A model generated the notes under the pieces. That model was given only the letters and a program-made list of their open reading frames with translations, was not told the DNA's origin and did not search any database. DNA of 55,603 nucleotides, the filler included, from Sphacelaria rigidula (Eukaryota): NCBI GenBank assembly GCA_964200075.2. It is 6 parts of 6 records of this genome, joined end to end, with 100 filler letters (N's around TTAATTAATTAA, not from the genome) between each part and the next. Parts side by side here need not be neighbours in the genome. Positions count along the whole stretch, not along the records: positions 46,423 to 55,603 come from CAXNAA020009106.1; 5 more parts are not named here. One strand, written 5' to 3'. Made by a program: the position numbers and the translations under genes. Shown here piece by piece: positions 47,895-55,603 of this stretch. Numbering within the stretch: the first letter of the stretch is position 1; each line of letters opens with the position of its first letter.

Positions 47895-49205
47895 ATGTTG
47901 GATGTCGTGAGCAAGACGTTCGGCATGGAAGGTTGCTCGAAGCGACTGCCAGACGTTACGGTAGACAGCACGCGGGTGGAATTCTGCACTCAGCAGGCTG
48001 TCACGGGCATACTGATGGTCACAAGCAGGACGTGCGGTCAGGAAGGCTGCTCCAAACAGCCGTCATACGGTACGGTAGGCAGCAGGCGGGCTGAATTCTG
48101 CGCTCAACATGCTGTCGCGGGCATGATGAATGTCGTGAAGAAGACGTGCAGCCAAGAAGGCTGCCCCAAAACGCCGTCATTCGGTGCAATAGGTAGCAGG
48201 CGGCGGGAATTCTGCGCTCAACATGCTGACGGGGGCATGGTCAACGTCGTGAGCAAGATATGCGCGCAGGAGGGCTGCTCCAAAACGTCGTCATACGGTA
48301 GGGTAGGCAGCAGGCGGGCGGACTTCTGCGCTCAACATGCTCCCACGGCCATGGTGAATGTCGTGAGGAAGAGGTGCGGCCAGGAGGGCTGCTCCAAATG
48401 GCCATCATACGGTAGGGTAGGCAACAGGCGGGCGGACTTCTGCGCTCAACATGCTATCGCGGGCATGGTGGATGTCGTGAGCAAGAGGTGCGGCCAGGAG
48501 GGCTGCTCCAAATGGCCATTATACGGTGTGGTAGGCAGCAAGCGGCGGGAGTTCTGCGCTCAACATGCTGTCGCGGGCATGGTAGATGTCGTGAACAAGA
48601 AGCGTGGCCAGGAGGGCTGCCTCAAGTACATCATGCGCGATCTGGAGGGTAAAAGCAAGCCGACTCGCTGCCGCAAGCATGCTGTCGAAGTGGCTGCCAT
48701 GTCCACGTTCGGTCATCAAGCGCCCCTCTCAACTCATGACCCAGGCGAGAGTGGGGGTAGGGACGCTATCTACGGACGAGAATCAACCCTCGAAGAATAT
48801 ACCGGTGTTGGTATCGATGCAAACAGTGCCGTTGATACTCGTCGTGCAGTACGCGAGGGCTGCAGCGCTGCTGCTCCGGTGCCCTTGAAAGCCCCAGGGA
48901 AACCGTACGCGGGGAACGATGATGCTTCCAAGGAGGCGAACATGAAGCTAGAGCTGGTTGTCTCTCGTCATACTCCCGTGCGCAGTAGGGAAAGAAGGAC
49001 CAGCGGGTGGTCTGTTCCATCCTCGAGCGACTGCCGCAGTGCTGATGGCTGTTTCACCAGTCAGCGAGGCCCCAAGCGGCATCGTATAGTTTCACCGACA
49101 ATGTCGAGACACTCGGGGGTCGAGACGGAAACGGTGGTTGGCGAAGGAAAAGGGAATGTGAAGCTGGAGTTGGCGCTATCCCATTCCTCTCCTTCCTTGG
49201 TCTGA
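47895..49205 (+). CDS. EsV-1-7 cysteine-rich repeat protein
   Basis: 436-aa uninterrupted ORF with 38-aa (114-bp) repeats CxQEGCSKxPSYGxxGSRRAEFCAQHAxxGMVxVVxK: five intact, degenerate ones on each side. The frame stays open back to a possible acceptor at 47804, adding one more degenerate repeat. Confidence 0.88.
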   Translation: MLDVVSKTFGMEGCSKRLPDVTVDSTRVEFCTQQAVTGILMVTSRTCGQEGCSKQPSYGTVGSRRAEFCAQHAVAGMMNVVKKTCSQEGCPKTPSFGAIGSRRREFCAQHADGGMVNVVSKICAQEGCSKTSSYGRVGSRRADFCAQHAPTAMVNVVRKRCGQEGCSKWPSYGRVGNRRADFCAQHAIAGMVDVVSKRCGQEGCSKWPLYGVVGSKRREFCAQHAVAGMVDVVNKKRGQEGCLKYIMRDLEGKSKPTRCRKHAVEVAAMSTFGHQAPLSTHDPGESGGRDAIYGRESTLEEYTGVGIDANSAVDTRRAVREGCSAAAPVPLKAPGKPYAGNDDASKEANMKLELVVSRHTPVRSRERRTSGWSVPSSSDCRSADGCFTSQRGPKRHRIVSPTMSRHSGVETETVVGEGKGNVKLELALSHSSPSLV

Positions 49206-49924
49206 TTTCTCATTGACTGGAAAAGAAGTCGTGCGGCGGGAGAACTCCAGGAACTCTCACTTGTTTGTTCGTTGGCATTGTGAGCAATACGGTGCGGTGT
49301 TGTGATGTACGGGCGTGCATAGCTGGCTTTTCATTGTGTTTGTTTGCGTGATTCCGGATTCGTGGAGAGGAAATTGATGTCAAATGAAGCAGCTGTTTGT
49401 TTTTTCATGTTGGCTCTCCTGGTCGTTGCGCTACACCGAAAGCGCTTGGTCACGGACGTTGTTTGTAGTTGTGTTATGTTTCACTGAACACGGCGATCGT
49501 CATATTCCGACGTCTGCTTGTGCGTCCAAAGCATACTGTAGATGCGCATGTCGACTTTCGCTGGTTCACGGTCAAGCACAGCGTTGATGGTGCCCGTCGT
49601 ACTTTGATATATACGATATATTTGTCTGGTTTGCTTACAAGTCTAATGGTGTTCTGTGTCTAATGAGCAATCGGCAGGCTCACTCGCGCAACAGGGGAAT
49701 TGTTTTTCGGCCGACTTTTTCTCCAGGGTCACACAACCAACTCCCACAGAGAATGCTACTACTCACCATTGCATAATGAACAAAGTCATGCATCCTCTTT
49801 CTCAGCACCAGCCCGTGATGGGGCACTTGGGGCGTGTGGAGCGGAGCCTCTCAAAGTATGTTCGATATTGTGTAGGCGAATATTCGGAAACGATGGAGCC
49901 ATACTACGATAGGGGGGTGCGGAG

Positions 49925-52900
49925 CGTACTCATTCGTTGCTTGCTTTAGTCGTTCGACCAATGACAACGTATTCCTTTCGAGACGGAGCACCGCTCCTAC
50001 TCTAAACAGAGACACCTCCATCATTCTGGCGCTCATTGCGTTTCTTCCATACACTGCACGAAAACCTTTTACATTTCGTATCCCCGTCCTGTTTCGCCGT
50101 GTGTGGGCACCATCTATCCCCTAGTGCAGCCATCGTTTTCTCGCTACTGTTTAATGCATCAAACGATTTCATGCCACCTTCGATCACGTGCCGCATTTCC
50201 CCCTCTAGCGGGTCCCGGTCCTCCTCGTATAGTTCACTTTCTGCAAGGGTATGACTTCTACTCTCTATTGCCTTGATACAGAGGCAATTCTGTCCATCTA
50301 CTCCCTTCTCCGCACGACTACTGGTAAATTTCCTTCTTCTTTCTGACCCGTCGTATCTCAGGGTCTTGTTCGTCGTCTCTCTTGCGTCTGAGCGCTCCTT
50401 TTCCCTCATTTTTCATGCCTCTCACTTTAGTTTTGTACCCCGCCCCCTCATCCATGGACAGTATTTCGTCTTGGCTTCCTTCTATCTTCTTTGCTTTCTC
50501 GACTCCTTTATCTCATCTTATCGCATGCCTTTTCGTACTTTTCTTCCATACAGCCCCATCAACTATAGCTGGCAATCTCTTTCTCTGCATATTCTTCACG
50601 CTTTATTGCCACCACACTCTCTTCGTGTCTCTGCTTGTTTCAGGTGAGTACATTCCCATCTCTGCTCTCAGTGCTGTATTGCTCGTCGTTTTGGAGCATC
50701 CAAGTGTCTTCTCAGCTGCTGCCATGTGTACGTTTCTCACTTTTTCACCTATTCTAGATTCCCCCCCCCATACTTCTCCATATTCCAGCTTTTGTACGAT
50801 CACGTTCATCAGGATACATCTCTTAATCCTAGTGTCTAGGTGCGGGTCTCTGAGGATCACGTTCAACCTGCCTATCTGCGCCTCATTTTTTTTTATTACG
50901 TTATATATGTGTGCGTCCCAAGAACAGTGTTTTGAGATCTCTACGCCAAGGTATGTATACTGGTCTGCGATCGGCAGTTACTTTTCTCCCTACTTCCACT
51001 TGAACTCCACCGATTTTTTTTTTTCTTCGTTACAGACGAGTTCCGCGGATTTCTTCACACTCGTCGTCACCCTCCACTTCCTAGTGTACTCTATTGCCTT
51101 TTCTATCTGTGTCTGTAATCCTTCTACTGTTCCCGAAATCCAACAAAATCATCCGCGAACATCATCAAACCTAATATCACATCTTCACCCACCTTCACTC
51201 CTTGATTTTGCTGCTTCTATTGCTATTATCAAGTCACTAGCCAATACCTTGGATAAAGCGGGCAATAACGTGCGTACTTGTGCAACATCTTGTAAAAAAT
51301 TAAAATATTTCGATATTTTCCCGCCTAGCATCATGGGACTTTTGGCACATTCAGTCATATCTCATTCTCCACGTCTCTCCCCTGATCCCATTTTCCCGCA
51401 ACTCTTTCCACAAATCATTCCACCATCTTGGGTCATGAGCGTTTTTCACGCCCAGAAAGAAACACTGCGTTGTCAGCTCGGCATCTTTACTTCCTTGATA
51501 ATCTCACGTAGTGTGTACATATGGTCTATGCAACTACGGTATGGTCTGAAACCTGCTTGTCCCTCGCTGATTTGTTTCGTCCTTTTTTAGCATCAAAACT
51601 GTAACTGTACCTACACGTTCCAACACCTCGGAAAATTTCCCTGGATTCTGGCCATCTCTTCTGAAAACGCTCGCTGTTTCTGTTCCATATAGAGTTCATC
51701 GATTCTCCTTTTGTATAGCTTTCTACCCCGCCAATTGCTTTGAGCTCTCGTCTGTTGGGCTTTCTGTCCATATTAGGCGGTGATCTGTGGTTCCCACGTC
51801 CTCCGCCAATACATGTACTTCCATTTCTTCACTATTTCCATACTCTGCAACTATATAATCGAGAACGGAGCATTTTTTCCTTCCTTCGCATTACGTCGTC
51901 TATGTCCATTGCGCCTGTGGCTTTTATACTCCATCATTCAGCGTCTTCATCTCGTTATGCTCAAGGAACTTGAGCATTTGCACCCAATTTGTGTTTTTTT
52001 TTTGTCTTCCCCGTATTGCGCAATGATATCATCCTGTTGACCTGCTCTTCTTACCCTTGCAAACAAATCTCCCACTAACATTACTTCTCCTTCCCTTTAT
52101 ACTTATGTATATCTGCTGCTATCTCTCCAAACCTGCTCTGAAAACCGTCCACCGTACTGTATTTAGTCTTCGATTCTGGACGCATGTAGATGTCACCGAC
52201 GAAGAAGTCCTTCGTTCCCCGCTCTCGTTGTACCCTCATCCATATGCTCTCGTCGAATTACGTGTCACCGATCACTTCTATACTGTTACACAGGTATTCC
52301 TTGACAAAAAAACCTACTCTCCCCGCTCCCCTGCTTTTGGCCTTCTGTCTATTTCCTTTTTCCCTATCCATGCGTACTTCTCAGCTTTGCATCCTATCTC
52401 CACCTCCTCTTTATCCCATGACTCTTGGATCATTACTACTTCTAGGCCGTGTTTACTCACTTGTTGCGCTATCTCTCTTCTTTTGCGCTTTTCTGTGGCG
52501 TAGCCACACACTTTCCACGATCTTATTCTCGACTTCCTTTCCGAATCATTATCTGCCCCCTTGTTGTCTCGCATCTTCTCTCCGTGTCTCTTACTTCTAC
52601 TCTCACTTGCTTGATTGTTCTGCCCCTTGCCGCTTTGGACTTTGTCGAACCGCTTCGGTCCGCCATTTCTCCTCCCCGTCCTCTCCCGGGTATTTTCATG
52701 TCCCTGCCTCTCTTTCCTTCTGTTTGCCTGTGCACTACTTAACAGGTTCGTTATTCCGTTAGCAGTGCATACTCTCCATCCTGCACTTGTAACCATGCCA
52801 ATACCTTACTTGTATCTATCCCTTCCCACAACTTGTTCGCGCTCTATTTGAGCGTGACTCGGAAGTGTTCTCCCCCCTTTCTACTTCTCCTGTTGCTAAA

Positions 52901-53220
52901 CAGTATAATCAAACTTCTTTGCATTTTTTTCAACTCTACTCTCGTCAAGTCGCTACGAACTCCGAAGTCCAGCACTACTAGTACCTTTCCCGACCACTCT
53001 TTGCTCCTCCATCGACCCTTCCTTACTGTCTCTTTCTCGATCTCCTCCGGGAAAATCTCCAGCTTGTGCGTTTTGATTGTATTCGTGGGATATCTTCGAC
53101 GTAATGGGATATCCCAACCCGAGTGCTCGTTGGGGGTCTGGTTCCTTTCAGTTCTCTTGCTGGCTCCCTGACACTAAATAATGCCTCCAACACGGGCTCG
53201 TAGCCTGAAGCCAAGTTCAA
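49925..53220 (-). mobile_element. Decayed non-LTR retrotransposon (LINE; APE endonuclease + RT)
   Basis: Minus-strand fragments: SWKVCG...VVMIQESW (APE), QAGFRPYRSCIDHMYTL, MFADDF (~51145-51162), YTYLGVEI, ALRAEMG. Many frameshifts and stops; boundaries approximate. Confidence 0.88.
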
Positions 53221-54008
53221 CACNNNNNNNNNNGCCAGGCGATCTTCATGATCAGCCATCCAGGCGTCCCACGATCGTATCTTCTATCTTCTTGCCCCGC
53301 TGCTGTACTGGTTACTTTCCTCCAGGGAGGTCATTTTCACCGTCTAAGGTTCAAGGGCGGCTTGCATAACACAAGGTCTTACTCACACCGGGATGTCCCG
53401 TACATGACTTTGACACTCCGTGTATGATTCACCATGGGTCGTTACTCCGCCGATGCTCCCGAGTACACCTTCGCTACCGAAAGCTTGGCCAACGACTCCC
53501 CAACACTTTGTACCAGCTCCTATCTTCAAGAGTTCAAGAAGTCTACGTACCGCTTGGTGCTCCTTCTCGTAGGTCATGTGATCAGTCATCGGTAAGGTGT
53601 TTGTTTCATGAGTGCAGTAGGTCTTGGCATTTATGACATGCATTGTCCACCCCCTCCCTTCATTAGGCGCCTTTTGCACGGAATGTCGGAAATTACCTGG
53701 AAATGGCTGACCAGACTTCTACCGCCTACTGGAAACCGGTGAGGGTTTACGGGTATCTCACCACGAGACCCCAACCTCCATGTGAATTTGACATGAAGGG
53801 GATGACGACCCTACCCTATACATACTGTGTATATCTTCTGTACTTTCGATTTGCATGAGAGGTGGTCAACCTTCACGCTGTTGTTTACATGACTAGGTTT
53901 TGGATTCATTGTTGTCTCACGTTTGTTTTGATATTAGGGGGGAATATTTCGGATGTTTTTCGACTTGATATGCGACAGTAGATCTGCATTTTTTCGCGAT
54001 TCCCCGTT

Positions 54009-54388
54009 CATGTTTGGGCTGTGTTATGGTAGGTTAAAGAGAAAGGAGGTTTAGCATATTTATTTCATATCTATTTCCGGGCTGTGTTATGAGAGGTTAA
54101 AGAGAAAGGACGGCCATGTCATGTCTATGTCTGGGCTGTTTTATGGTAGGTTAAAGAAAGGGGGGGTTAGCTTCTGAATGCCATGTCTATGTCCGGGCTG
54201 TGTTATGATAGGGTAAAGAAAAAGGATGATTAACTTCATATTCTCATGTCTGTGTCCAGGCTGTGTTATAGTAGGGTAAAAAAAAGGAGGGTTAGCTTTT
54301 CTACTCCATGTCTATGTCCGGGCTGTGTCATGGTAGGGTAGAGAAAAAGGAGGGCTAGCTTCTCTATTTCACGTTCATATCCGGGCTG
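54009..54388. repeat. Tandem repeat, ~62-bp unit, six copies plus a partial
   Basis: Unit CATGTCTATGTCCGGGCTGTGTTATGGTAGGGTAAAGAAAAAGGAGGGTTAGCTT... Confidence 0.9.
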
Positions 54389-54765
54389 CACACCCGGCCA
54401 CTTGGCTCGCCCCCAAATTCCATCTAGACGGAAATTTGTCCCTGCAGAGGGGGAAACAACCCTCTGGAAGCGGAAAAAGCGGTAAACCCCCTCTGGAGGG
54501 GTACATTTTCTACCATTCTAGAGTCTATGGCAGCCCCTGGAAGAAACCCCCTCCGGAGGAGTTCTCGAGGGAGGACATTGAGCCCCCCCGTTGAGGGGCA
54601 GCGTGCACTCTGCAACAGAGGTCATTCTCGTTTCTCGCATTCCTCCTCCTTGTTTCACCCTCTGGAGGAATGAAAAGGGCGGGTCGCACTTTTGTTTTTC
54701 GAAAACGTACGGTCGATTTTGTTTGCCGATATAATAGGTCGATCGCATTTATATTCCTAGAGGGC
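54389..54765. mobile_element. Left end of a TIR element related to 44451-44844
   Basis: Starts CACACCCGGCCACTTGGCT; multiple CCCTCTGGAGG motifs. No right TIR seen. Confidence 0.55.
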
Positions 54766-54809
54766 TTTCACTCAAAACGATAATTAGCGGCGCGGGGAGA
54801 AGAATTACT

Positions 54810-55295
54810 CGAAATGAAAAATAACCGTTTTCGATCGAAAACGTGCGGTCGAAAGAGAGGAGGTGGCACGTAAAGACTCTCATCTTACAGACCACCGCAA
54901 GCTCCATCCAAGTCATTCGCTACCACCGCAACCCTGCAACATAGGGCACGCGTTGAGCCCACGGATAAAAACTTTGTTGGCGAAACCTTGCGCGTCTTCT
55001 CTGATGGTGGAGATCAGCGACGAAACTGGCTGATACTGTGGGCAAAGTTGCGTGCACGCTCATGAACAACAGTGCAGGCGGTATAAAGCTGCACGATGCT
55101 GACGTCCTTTTCAAGTCGCATTGTAAGAAGAGAGAACTGATAGTCCTGAGCTATCTACACTGCACTTTGCCCGCTTCTCTTTCATATCCTCTTGTACGAA
55201 ACACGCACACAAGCACTCAAGACACTGCTCGCAAGCAGTGCAGACAGTACAGCTGTCTGTACTGTACACGTTCGACCCTACTTCGTTTCACGATT
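54810..55295 (+). repeat. Second copy of the dispersed ~500-bp repeat
   Basis: Colinear with 35845-36395. Confidence 0.8.
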
Positions 55296-55603
55296 CAAGA
55301 GTGGGCAACGTGCTGCTGCAAGGAACCTTGTCAGTTCCACGCCTTTTTCGTTCTCTTACTACAACAGAAAAGATACATAACAAAGAGCCGCCAGTTCAAT
55401 GTCACGCTTTTCTCAAGGCAGAAAGACAACTATCCGCCTTATGACCGCAGCTATGCTCGTGTTGTTTGGGGCATCTCTTAATCGAATATGAGAGTATGAG
55501 ACTTGATAATTGAAATAGAGTTGAGCCGTGAGTAGGAGGGCTAATCGAATATACTCACACTCAATGATTGATACATGTAAGCAGGCCTGGATGCGAGGGA
55601 AAT

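Noticed and set aside
47895..49205. Integrated phaeovirus (EsV-1-like provirus)
   Set aside because: Only the EsV-1-7 repeat is present, a family widespread in host genomes; no viral core genes or gene-dense region.
50382..51590. 402-aa plus-strand ORF as a membrane protein
   Set aside because: Antisense shadow of the purine-rich LINE RT region on the minus strand.
54009..54388. CRISPR-like array
   Set aside because: Whole units are homologous with no unique spacers; eukaryotic context; no cas genes.

Overview
Eukaryotic, intron-rich, repeat-rich DNA, most consistent with a brown alga (Phaeophyceae; inferred from the EsV-1-7 repeats, a bipartite plastid-targeting peptide, and intron and repeat style). 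The window is not one locus. It is six contigs of 9186, 9185, 9184, 9184, 9183 and 9181 bp joined by identical 100-bp N44-TTAATTAATTAA-N44 linkers, i.e. size-sorted unplaced contigs. Contig 1: tandem, LTR-sharing, gag-only copia-derived retroelement. Contig 2: six internal exons of 5-oxoprolinase, with MITEs, SINEs and a hairpin in the introns. Contig 3: last two exons of a ZNF511-like gene plus MITEs. Contig 4: first two coding exons of eIF4E and a train of three abutting hAT-type MITEs. Contig 5: first exon of a probable plastid-targeted protein, two divergent tRNA-Gly genes with an unusual A1:U72 pair, and foldback elements. Contig 6: an EsV-1-7 cysteine-repeat protein, a decayed LINE and a ~62-bp satellite. 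I found no CRISPR array, provirus or clearly new multi-gene system. The best leads are the EsV-1-7 repeat protein, the A1:U72 tRNA-Gly pair, the same-site hAT train and the intronic hairpin. All family assignments are by eye; no database searches were run.
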